A stretch of 8,696 bases of DNA from Octopus sinensis (GCF_006345805.1 NW_021828366.1:1-8696); one strand, 5' to 3'. Counted from the stretch's first letter, positions 1 through 8,058 are shown. Numbers and translations are program-made. Notes: a model not told the origin generated them from the sequence alone.

Positions 1-1130
1 TTATATCAAAATCGACTATAATGTTAAATATTAATTTTAATTTATAAGGTAGGAAACCCACTAATAATCTAATATCGGTATTAGTCCCTATCTAATTACA
101 TAAATATTTTAAAAAATGACTAATATATAATTAATCATGAATATATATATATAAATGTATATAAATATTATATTAAGATCTAAAATAACTCTATATAAAT
201 CTATATATGCACATATAATAAAAACCTAATAAATTTAATTTTTCATATTTAAGATGAAATAGCTAATTTCAAAATACAAATAAACAAACTTAAACGACTT
301 TCGGAAATCTTATAAAAAACTTATAGAAATAATCAATTCGTAGTAATATAGTATCGAATAAATACTATAAATTCATTATCAATGGGAATAACTAGCGAAT
401 ATCAATTTACAGAAATAACTAATTTATGCTATTAAATTAGACATGGCTGGACCAATCTTTAGTCTAAACGTATCTAAGTTTATCAAAGTTTATCTAATTT
501 AATTATAAATTTAAAACTACAATTATACTATTAAAACATGTATATACAAAGCCTAACTTATAGACCTCGTATGCTTGCTATCAAATAACAAATCTATCGC
601 TAAGTAGTATTTACGAATAAACTTAAATTTAATATCTAATAATATAGAAAATTACGATAATTAGATCATTACATAAACAACAATATTTACATAAGGAAAA
701 TATTATTACTCCAAAGACTTATACATATTAAAATTTACAATTTGAAGATCTTAAATAAATACATACTTATCTTAGCGAGGTTTAACAATGAACTAAAATT
801 TTGAATCGGAAAACGTCTTTACAGCGTTTATAAGAATAACTCGTGGAATTACGTTATTAGCAAAAAAAAAGAAGAAATTGTTGAAGATTCATTACGCGTG
901 AGGAACTTACGCTTATAATGAGATTGTGAATGGGAAAATTATTGGTTTAATCATTGTAATAGAATGAAGTCACAAATAAAGAATAAAATCTCTCTATACT
1001 ATAATATTTTATTAATAAAATAACTATGATAAATAATACTTATACACAAATTAAATTTAAATGATTTAAATGATTAAAAACCACAATATGATTTGCTTAA
1101 AGTAGTTTTTATCTCTAATTTAATATAATA
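1..1130. other. Unexplained AT-rich, A-skewed, non-repetitive block
   Basis: Hand count ~237 G+C in 1140 nt (~21%). A>T on + strand. Stops in all standard-code frames and no recognisable repeat, RNA or protein motif. Ends in a TAATA/TA tract. Confidence 0.5.
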
Positions 1131-1165
1131 TAATATAATATATATATATATATATTATATATATA
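1125..1165. repeat. (TAATA)n/(TA)n microsatellite
   Basis: Directly visible. Confidence 0.9.
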
Positions 1166-1328
1166 GTTAATCCAAACAAGAAAACACAGAAAAAAACACA
1201 GCACGCGAGGACATGGAACAATTAAAGTATTATTTGACGCTCAGGAAAGAAGGGAAGGAGGGCTTACGTTTCGAGCAGAGCTCTTCGTCGGAAACAAAGG
1301 AGAAGGAAAGATCTCCGAGAAGGAAGAC

Positions 1329-1330
<2 letters not shown>
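1166..1330 (-). mobile_element. PLE-type terminal repeat (pLTR) remnant carrying a hammerhead motif
   Basis: The + strand motif ttacgtttcgagcagagctcttcgtcgg is the antisense of a PLE-type hammerhead. It is followed on the minus strand by a pyrimidine-rich tail and flanked by (TA)n on both sides. Confidence 0.65.
1230..1297 (-). ncRNA. Type I hammerhead ribozyme fold with variant core CCGACGA
   Basis: Minus strand: ttgttt(1297-1292) CCGACGA(1291-1285) a gagc-tct-gctc GAAA(1272-1269) cgt...gcg TC(1237-1236) aaataa(1235-1230). Stem I 6 bp (1 GU), stem II 4 bp, stem III 3-4 bp. Confidence 0.6.
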
Positions 1331-1378
<48 letters not shown>

Positions 1379-1389
1379 TATATATATAT

Positions 1390-1423
<34 letters not shown>

Positions 1424-1475
1424 ATATATATATATATATATACATACATACATATATAACATACACACACACACA
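1331..1475. repeat. Imperfect (TA)n with TACA/CA tail
   Basis: Directly visible. Confidence 0.95.
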
Positions 1476-1613
1476 AATATGGGAATAGTTACTATGAAGC
1501 ATTGTGTGGAATGTATTGTATAAAAATTCGTGGGTAAGGTCGGAACAATGCGAAATAAATCCAAGGTAAATCACAAGGAAACAGACATATGAATTAATAG
1601 TCACTTACCTTGC

Positions 1614-1651
1614 ATTCAATATTTCGGGGTTATAACCTTCTCGTCAGGAAT
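1614..1651 (-). ncRNA. Minimal type I hammerhead ribozyme (PLE/dimeric type)
   Basis: Minus strand: attc(1651-1648) CTGACGA(1647-1641) gaaggttataacccc GAAA(1625-1622) tat t(1618) gaat(1617-1614). Stem I attc/gaat, G10.1-C11.1 closing pair, palindromic AUAU stem III. Confidence 0.7.
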
Positions 1652-1727
1652 TAGCGAATGTTGCAGATCTGCATGTGTGTGAGTATGTGGAGAGTAGACA
1701 TGCGCAGAAGGTTGTTATTATAACAAG

Positions 1728-1899
1728 CTACCAGCTAGCTTCATGTAACTCTCTCCTAATGTTGATAATCGGCTTCCGTTGATGTATTAATATGGCTGCG
1801 GAGATTCTAAGGCTGCCCCTGTTGCGGCTGTGTTGCGCTGATGTGCACTTTGGACTCTCGGATCTGGCATTTTCGTAAATGTTTCTTCACAGACCGTCG
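1728..1899 (-). pseudogene. Probable GIY-YIG endonuclease C-terminal remnant of a PLE ORF
   Basis: SVKKHLRKCQIRESKVHISATQPQQG, frameshift near 1815, then GSLRISAAILIHQRKPIINIRRELHEASW*. Resembles the H..C...L.I.EA..I....P.IN.R.E end of PLE GIY-YIG domains. Recognised by eye. Confidence 0.5.
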
Positions 1900-1903
1900 T
1901 ATA

Positions 1904-1956
<53 letters not shown>

Positions 1957-1975
1957 AGATATATATATATATATA
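1900..1975. repeat. (TA)n microsatellite
   Basis: Directly visible. Confidence 0.95.
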
Positions 1976-2115
1976 AATATACTTTATTTAAAAGCAGCAG
2001 AAATTCAACAATTTTGTTGAATTTCTGCTGCTTTTAAATAAGCATATTACTCTACCCCTGGCATTTGAGTACTCTTTTTTCCACCTTGTTTCACATTTAT
2101 GTGTTTACAATACCC

Positions 2116-2117
<2 letters not shown>
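1976..2117 (+). mobile_element. Short (TA)n-flanked element with inverted 5' duplication, possibly a PLE pLTR tail
   Basis: Palindrome plus a pyrimidine-rich tail ending cccgg-(TA)n, similar in character to the two neighbouring PLE tails. Family assignment is inference. Confidence 0.4.
1984..2041. repeat. Perfect inverted repeat, 28-bp arms with a 2-nt spacer
   Basis: 1984-2011 ttatttaaaagcagcagaaattcaacaa, spacer tt, 2014-2041 ttgttgaatttctgctgcttttaaataa. Every pair checked by hand. Confidence 0.97.

Positions 2118-2168
<51 letters not shown>
2118..2168. repeat. (TA)n microsatellite
   Basis: Directly visible. Confidence 0.95.
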
Positions 2169-2170
<2 letters not shown>

Positions 2171-2216
2171 AGGTGGTGCTCCAGCATGACCACAGTCCAC
2201 TGACTGAAACTAGTAA
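2169..2216 (+). mobile_element. SINE 3'-tail fragment
   Basis: aaggtggtgctccagcatgaccacagtc..tgactgaaac matches the 3' ends of the copies at 2291, 2551 and 4352. Confidence 0.8.
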
Positions 2217-2290
2217 GGGGATATATATATTTGTGTGTGTGTGTGTGTATGTGTGTGCGTATCTGTGTGTATTTGGGTATCTATGCTGGT

Positions 2291-2466
2291 CTCCCCACCA
2301 TCGCTTGACAACCGATGTTGATGTGTTTACTTCCCCGTAACATAGTGGTTCGGCAAAAGAGACCGATAAATACTAGGCTTACAAAGAATAAGTCCTGGGG
2401 TCGATTTGTTCGACTAAAGAGGTGCTCCAACGTGGCCACAGTCAAATGACTGAAACAAGTAAAATA
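2291..2466 (+). mobile_element. SINE 3' half (ccaccatcgcttgacaacc...gactgaaacaagtaaaa)
   Basis: High similarity to 4380-4570 within the window. Preceded by a TA/TG tract. Confidence 0.85.
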
Positions 2467-2550
2467 ATACACATGCACACATATACATTCATGTATGTAT
2501 GTGTGTGCGTGTGTGTGTATGTGTGTGCGTGTGTGTGTATGTGTGTGTGC

Positions 2551-2762
2551 CTTTGTGTCTGTGCTTTTCCTCCGCCACAGCTTGACAAGAGGTGCTAGTG
2601 TGTTCAAGTCCCCGCGACCTAGCGGTTCGGCAATATGAAACCAATAGAATAAATGCCAGGCTTAAAAAGAAATAAGTACTAGAGGCGATTCGTTCGACTG
2701 AAAAATTTTTAAAGCGGTGCCCCAGCATGGCCGCAGTTTAATGACTGTAACAAGTAAAAGAT
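2551..2762 (+). mobile_element. SINE 3' half, diverged variant
   Basis: Colinear with 2291-2466 (gcttgacaa, tccccg, gcggttcggca, gttcgact, ggtgccccagcatggccgcagt, atgactg). Confidence 0.8.
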
Positions 2763-2844
2763 TATACGCACAAGGCCTGAAATCTTGCTGAGTGTGGTGG
2801 GGAATGCATAGATATAACTACACTCCCTCCCCCACCATTTCAAA

Positions 2845-2905
2845 TAAACAAAATAAAAACAAAACAAAACAATAAAACAAAACAAAACAATAAAACAAAA
2901 CAAAA
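2845..2905. repeat. (AAAAC/AAAAT)n low-complexity repeat
   Basis: Directly visible. Confidence 0.85.
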
Positions 2906-3327
2906 GAAAAGCACTCGTACAATATTTTATTCAAATTTCCACATTTCGGTTGATGTAAACATTTTTTTTGTTTCTTATGTTATTGTTAAATTCAGAACAT
3001 GCATTAACATTTAAAACTTTTGAGTTCTTAATGTCATATAAAGCCGTCGATCCGATGTTATATCTGTCATTAACACACTTCTCATTCCTTCGTACTATTT
3101 TCTAAATTTTCTCTAATTTATAACTAAATTTTAGTGTTGTTATCCATTTTTTTTTCTCAGTAACTTTAAACATCAAAATGGCGTATATGACAATGAACAA
3201 CACTAAATGTCCGACATATTGTTTGCAGTGTTTACTTTGCAGATAGCAGCAGCGGATACACAGAAATTAGCGCGTTGTCAATAGTTTGCTTAACTTAACC
3301 TGTTTTTTTTTCTTTTCATTTTTTATT

Positions 3328-3426
3328 TTTTACTTGCTTCAGTCATTGGTCTGCGGCCTTGCTGGGGCGCAGCTTTGAAGGGTTTTAAGTAAAAAAGTAA
3401 AAAAAAAATGATCCCGGTGCTTATTT
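3328..3426 (-). mobile_element. SINE 3'-tail fragment, antisense
   Basis: ttttacttgcttcagtcattggtctgcggccttgctggggcgc is the reverse complement of the tail at 2715-2760. Confidence 0.75.
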
Positions 3427-3465
3427 TATTAGTTAAATTTTTAAAGATTTATAAACTGCAAGAAA

Positions 3466-3581
3466 GGCTGTGTGGTTAAGAAGTTCGTTTCACACCACCT
3501 CGTTATTTCGGGTAGAGACCCACTGCGCCCCACCTTGCCTTGTGACTGAATTTTATAACGGAAACTAAAGAGAAGGTCGTC

Positions 3582-3583
<2 letters not shown>
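3466..3583 (+). mobile_element. tRNA-derived SINE 5' half, internally deleted
   Basis: ggctgtgtggttaagaag...cgggtagagaccc...acggaaactaaagagaaggtcgtcg-(TA)n. Homologous to 3917-4028 and 7117-7246. Confidence 0.7.
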
Positions 3584-3628
<45 letters not shown>

Positions 3629-3680
3629 ATATATATAGATATATATATATATATATATATATGTAATATATATACATACA

Positions 3681-3739
<59 letters not shown>

Positions 3740-3855
3740 ATATACATACATATATATACATATTATATAATATATATATATATATATATACATATATACA
3801 TACATATATACATACATTATATATATATATATATCTATATATATATATATATATA

Positions 3856-3896
<41 letters not shown>

Positions 3897-3916
3897 CATA
3901 CGAATACGTGTGTGTA
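3583..3916. repeat. Long imperfect (TA)n/(TACA)n microsatellite (~330 bp)
   Basis: Directly visible. Confidence 0.95.
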
Positions 3917-4028
3917 TGTGCGGTAACAAGTTTGTTTCCCAACCACTTGGGTAAATATCGTCTACTATAGCCTCGAGCCAACCAAAGCCATGTGAGTGGA
4001 CTTGGTAGACGGAAATTGAAAGAAGCTC
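3917..4028 (+). mobile_element. tRNA-derived SINE 5' half lacking the B-box segment; host of a nested insertion
   Basis: cccaaccac|ttgggtaaatatcgtctactatagcctcgagccaaccaaagccatgtgagtggacttggtagacggaaattgaaagaagc aligns with 7117-7246. Confidence 0.8.
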
Positions 4029-4348
4029 AATGGTTTGAGCGTCGAGCTTACGATCGTGATGTTGTGAGTTCGATTCCCGGACCGCGCTGCGTGTTGTGTT
4101 CTTCAGCAAGACTCTTTATTTCACGTTGCTCCAGTTCACTCAGCTGTAGAAATGAGCTGTGGCATCACTGGTGCCAAGCTGTATCGGCCCTTTTGCCTTT
4201 ACTTTGGAAAACATCAGTGGTGTGGAGAGGGGAAGCTGGTATACATGGTCGACTGCTGGTCTTCTATAAACAACTTTACCTGGATTTGTGCCTGGGAGGG
4301 TAACTTTCTAGGTGCAGTCCCATGGTCACTCATGACTGAAAGGAGTCA
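4024..4348 (+). mobile_element. tRNA-derived CORE-SINE
   Basis: A-box-like agctcaatgg (4024-4033) and B-box gagttcgattcc (4066-4077). 4096-4156 (gtgttcttcagcaagactcttt...ctccagttcactcagctgtagaaatgag) resembles the CORE domain consensus. Confidence 0.8.
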
Positions 4349-4351
4349 CCC

Positions 4352-4570
4352 TATATATTTGTGTGTGTCTGTGTGTTTGTCCCCACCACCATCGCTTGAC
4401 AACCGATGTTGGTGTATTTACGTCCCCGTTATTTATCGGTTCGGCAAAGAAAGACCGATAGAATAAGTAATAGGCTTACAAAGAATAAGTCCTGGGGTCG
4501 ATTTGTTCCACTAAAGGCGGTACTCCAGCATGGCTCGCAAATGACTGAAACAAATCAAAGAATAAAAGAA
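4352..4570 (+). mobile_element. TA/TG linker plus SINE 3' half
   Basis: High similarity to 2291-2466. Ends in aaagaataaaagaa. Confidence 0.85.
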
Positions 4571-4757
4571 TACACACATACACACACACACACACACATA
4601 GAATTAACATAGCGAACGTTACTTGGAAAACAATAATAATGGGATACATTTGGTCAATGATGTCACCATTGTTTGAAGCAATGTGGGCCAGGAGAATTCG
4701 ATACTGAGAAGCGTAAGAATAAGAATGAATAATAAAAACATGTATGGTATAAGAACT

Positions 4758-4767
4758 TGTATGTATG

Positions 4768-4797
<30 letters not shown>
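4758..4797. repeat. (TGTA)10 microsatellite
   Basis: Directly visible. Confidence 0.95.
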
Positions 4798-4798
<1 letters not shown>

Positions 4799-4817
4799 GT
4801 TATTTTGATTTTATTTA

Positions 4818-5119
4818 TGCACCCTTTTCAAGCCTAGCCAGGCTCATGGGCCCGGTTTCCCGGTTTCTGTGGCGTATGTGTTCCCCCCAGCTGGACGGGA
4901 CGCCAGTCTATCGCAGCGTTACTCAAGAAACATGAAGAAAGAGTGAGAGAAAGTTGGGGCAAAAGAGTACAACTGGGGTCGCCACCATCCCCTGCCGGAG
5001 CCTCGTGGAGCTTTAGGTGTTTTCGCTCAATAAACACACACAACGCCCAGTCTGGGAATCAAAACCGCGATCCTCCGACGCCGAGCCTGCTGCCCTAACC
5101 ACTGGGCCATTGCGCCTCC
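4818..5119 (-). mobile_element. Near full-length tRNA-derived SINE (third family)
   Basis: Minus strand begins ggaggcgcaatggcccagtggttagggcagc. A-box 5109-5099 and mutated B-box ggttttgattccc 5066-5054. Ends with aaataaaat plus (TACA)n. Confidence 0.85.
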
Positions 5120-6021
5120 TTGTATGTAAGCAGGTAGGCAAATATGTATGTGTATGTATGTGTGTATGTATGTGTTTGCGAGTTTGTGAGTTTGTGCATG
5201 ATTAGAAATTAGAGTAAAAAGAAAATAACTTATATCGATTAAACGTTTTTATAATCTGTAGGTTGGTGGAATATCAAATTATTCCATTGCTTGAAGATTT
5301 TGCAGCGTCAGTGAAACACGTTAAGGTGTGTAGTTACGAAGTAACAAAAATGTGTAACGTTTGTAATAACTTAGTAGTCGCAAACATTCGTTTAATCAGC
5401 TATCATGTTAAAATAACAGCGATGTTCATTAGGTGTGGCGTGACCTAGAATCGAACATTGAACTTTAAAAGTCACGGATCCTGTTTCCTTTCAAAAAGAA
5501 GAAAAGAAACACTTGGGGAGGCTTGTAGAGAATTTCCTTACAGATTTTTATGAATGCATTAATATGTTGGTGAAGTCGTGTTTTAAAGCAATTCTCCCTC
5601 AGGCCGTTGACCGAGATTCATTAACAGTGCACTTCGGGTGGTGTTAACAGTTAGTTGAACTTACGTATAATATAATAGAGCTTTCAAATGACAGTAACGG
5701 AATCTGGGAAATGCTTGGGGCCATGAAATTACAAGAAGGGGATTTTAGACTATATTACTGTTTTGGATAAGATTTCAGAAGCTTGATTGATTAACAGAAC
5801 TTGCAAAATGTTTACATCTTAAATATCTTACCTACGCTGCACTTCTTTTAACGATCTTACGATGTCGCTGATTTATTGGAAAATGAAACATTAAACATTA
5901 AAAGAATGTCTCTGGGAATATGGGTGAATATTTCTCGATCTATTTTTACGCGGGCAAACGTCAGTACGAATTGTGTACTGTATTTTATGCATAAAATTAA
6001 TACAATGAAGCGCCGCATTGT

Positions 6022-6073
6022 AACAGCAGCAGCAGTAGCAACAACGACGACAACGACTACAACAACAACAACG
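6022..6073. repeat. (GCA)/(ACA)n trinucleotide low-complexity tract
   Basis: Directly visible. Confidence 0.8.
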
Positions 6074-7116
6074 ATAGTAATATAATGAAATTAAAGCATT
6101 AATGAATATGGCCTCGTCTGAAGATAAGGATGACGTATCTTTAGCAACTGCAGAACCTAAATTTCTTAGAATAGTAACGGATGGATCGAATGCATATGTA
6201 TATAAACCAGCCATTTACTAAGTTATCTTGAATTCTCTTTAAGCCGTTTTGAAACTTCCAATGGGTTATCATAAAGTCTATTCATTTTACTTAGTTAAAA
6301 TCTGTTTCAAAGTGTTCATTTTCTTTAAATATGAAATGGGGTGTCATTTTTCTTTCTAAATCCACAGGATAAATATCCACGCACGCATATAGTTACATAC
6401 ATGTAATAAAGCCAACCCGAAGTAGCATGAGTGAGAAACCGTCACCTTGAGCTGGGTACCCCATGACCCCGATCTCCTTCCGCTTTCTATACAGGAAACA
6501 TGCACACTCGAAACACACGTGTTTCTTTGAATCAGATTACGTTTAAAAGATCCCAAATCTTTTGAATCGTTGCACCATATATGCCTATAAGAATATCGAT
6601 GCCGTTTTCACCAACAATTTATTAATCAAGGGTTCCATAAAATCGGAGATGTTCTCAACACATTGTTTTTTTTTATTTTTCTGTCATCAACGACATTGTT
6701 CCTTTCTATCTTCTCCAGCTCCTTGAGAGATTCTCCGCTGTGTCGTTGGCTAAACGAAGTAGTTACATTCCAGGCAGTCCCTGAGAAAGACAAACTCTTT
6801 CTGCTGTGACGCGTTGCTTTCGATTTCGGCGCACTTTTAAGTTTCAGGATTTCTTTTCTTTTCTGTTTCTGTTCCAACAGCTTGCTATATTTGTCAAACC
6901 TCCATTTTGTTTTCATCTTCGACAAGACGTTGGTGATGCGCTATCATCTTTTCCGTGGAGAAGGCTATAAGTAAGTGGGTTTACCTGAAACTTTCTTACA
7001 AAGGAAATTAAAACCAAGAATATAGTTTGCACCCAAACACTTTATCGAATACAAGAAAAAGTTACAGATTAGAAAAATAATTCATTTGGAGTAAATTATG
7101 CAAATTATATAAGTAA

Positions 7117-7246
7117 GGCGCATGCGTGGCTGTGTTGTAAGAAGCTTGCTTCCCAACTACATGGGCAAATGTCTTCTACTTTAGCTTCGGCCCGACCAAA
7201 GCCTTGTGAGGGATTTGGTTGATGGAAACGAAAAGAAGCCTCTCGT
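7117..7246 (+). mobile_element. tRNA-derived SINE 5' half lacking the B-box segment
   Basis: ggcgcatgcgtggctgtgttgtaagaagcttgcttcccaactac|atgggcaaatgtcttctac...gaagcctctcg-(TA)n. Confidence 0.85.
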
Positions 7247-7394
7247 ATATATATATATATATATATTCATACACTATATACAGTATATACGTGTGTATAT
7301 ATAAACATACGTATATGTTACATATATATGAATAAACACACACACACATACACACACATATATATATTTATGAATATATATGTATATATATGTA

Positions 7395-7608
7395 CAAGGG
7401 GGTGCTGAAAAGTTCTTGGCTTGAAGGGTATCGAGAAAAGGGCTGGCTGGTGGCCCAAACTTCTGAATCAGAAAACCTGAAGGACTGCTGCAAAAAAGAA
7501 AAGTGCGTGAATGTGAGAGGGGAATGTGTTGAATAAAATCATAACTAACAACTGAACTTCCTTTACTTTTTTCTTTCCCCAAAACCCAGAACTTTTCAGC
7601 ACCCCTCC
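7395..7608 (+). mobile_element. Mariner-derived non-autonomous element (MITE-like)
   Basis: TIRs share ggggtgctgaaaagttct (18 bp identical). TA dinucleotides at 7393-7394 and 7609-7610. 7501-7536 reads KCVNVRGECVE*, like the mariner transposase C-terminus (KC...G.YVE). Confidence 0.85.
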
Positions 7609-7646
7609 TAAATATATATATATATATATATTAAAAATGGGAAGGC

Positions 7647-7700
7647 TAGACAGATAGACAGACAGATAGGTAGCTACCTAGATAGATAGATAGATTGATA
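7647..7700. repeat. (TAGA/CAGA)n microsatellite
   Basis: Directly visible. Confidence 0.85.
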
Positions 7701-7922
7701 CATGATGCGTAGAAATAAATGAACCAGTTATTGAAATAAAAATACACTGACCTATTTAATCCACTCGATTTTTAAAAGGTACTCCTTTTCTCACAATTTT
7801 ATCTCCTAAACAAATTAATTTGTGTGATTGTATGTTTGTATTATTTTATATAATAATATACTCCGACAAAGTCGAATATGTCTGGTAAAATAATTATATC
7901 ATAAAACAGAAATACTGAAACC

Positions 7923-7990
7923 TGTATGTATGTATGTATGTATGTATGTATGTATGTATGTATGTATGTATGTATGTATGTATGTATGTA
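7923..7990. repeat. (TGTA)17 microsatellite
   Basis: Directly visible. Confidence 0.95.
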
Positions 7991-8058
7991 TACTGTTATA
8001 ACTCACTTTACGGGGAACCGCCTTTCGAGACCACGGGTTTTATTTTATAATAAATTTT

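Larger units (their letters stand above)
1481..1899 (-). mobile_element. 5'-truncated PLE 3' end: endonuclease C-terminus, hammerhead and tail
   Basis: Minus-strand order is ORF remnant (1899-1728), hammerhead (1651-1614), AAG/GTAAGT donor-like site (1608-1603), T-rich tail, microsatellite. This is the order expected for a PLE 3' end. Confidence 0.65.

Noticed and set aside
431-500. LDMAGP in frame +2 as an integrase-like D..GP motif
   Set aside because: Short match surrounded by stops, with no other integrase motifs.
1-804. Calling a ciliate-code (TAA/TAG=Gln) CDS in frame +1
   Set aside because: Only five TGA triplets occur in 1-800 and frame +2 is also open to 742. GC codon periodicity is weak and no domain is recognisable. 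Kept only as a hypothesis.
1-1130. Mitochondrial NUMT or rRNA fragment
   Set aside because: No intact invertebrate-mitochondrial frame in the minus-strand segments checked, and the conserved 12S/16S motifs were not found. The resemblance at ~562 (gacctcg) is too short.
3174-3183. YY1-like caaaatggcg / possible start context
   Set aside because: Single short motif; the downstream ORF is only 22 codons and there is no other promoter evidence.
1213-3946. ORFs rich in IY/YI, VC or HT repeats, including 1213-1401, 1230-1604, 2065-2340 and 3441-3946
   Set aside because: Translations of (TA)n, (TG)n and (CA)n microsatellites, which lack stops in some frames.
2169-4570. Recurring repeats as a CRISPR-like array
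   Set aside because: They are dispersed SINE copies of variable length with no regular repeat-spacer periodicity, in eukaryotic context.
4024-5119. tRNA genes at 4024-4080 and 5119-5050
   Set aside because: A/B boxes are present but no complete cloverleaf; they continue into SINE bodies.
3992-5205. ORFs at 3992-4303, 4152-4466, 4406-4612, 4834-5043 and 5017-5205
   Set aside because: They lie entirely over SINEs and microsatellites.
5428-5480. Degenerate antisense SINE head (gttcgattc B-box at ~5447-5455)
   Set aside because: Too short and diverged to support.
5831-6214. ORFs 5876-6085 (+) and 5891-6214 (-), and a possible minus-strand exon ending RKIVKRSA near 5835
   Set aside because: They span a trinucleotide repeat, both strands look equally protein-like, no homology was recognised and splice phases are not convincing.
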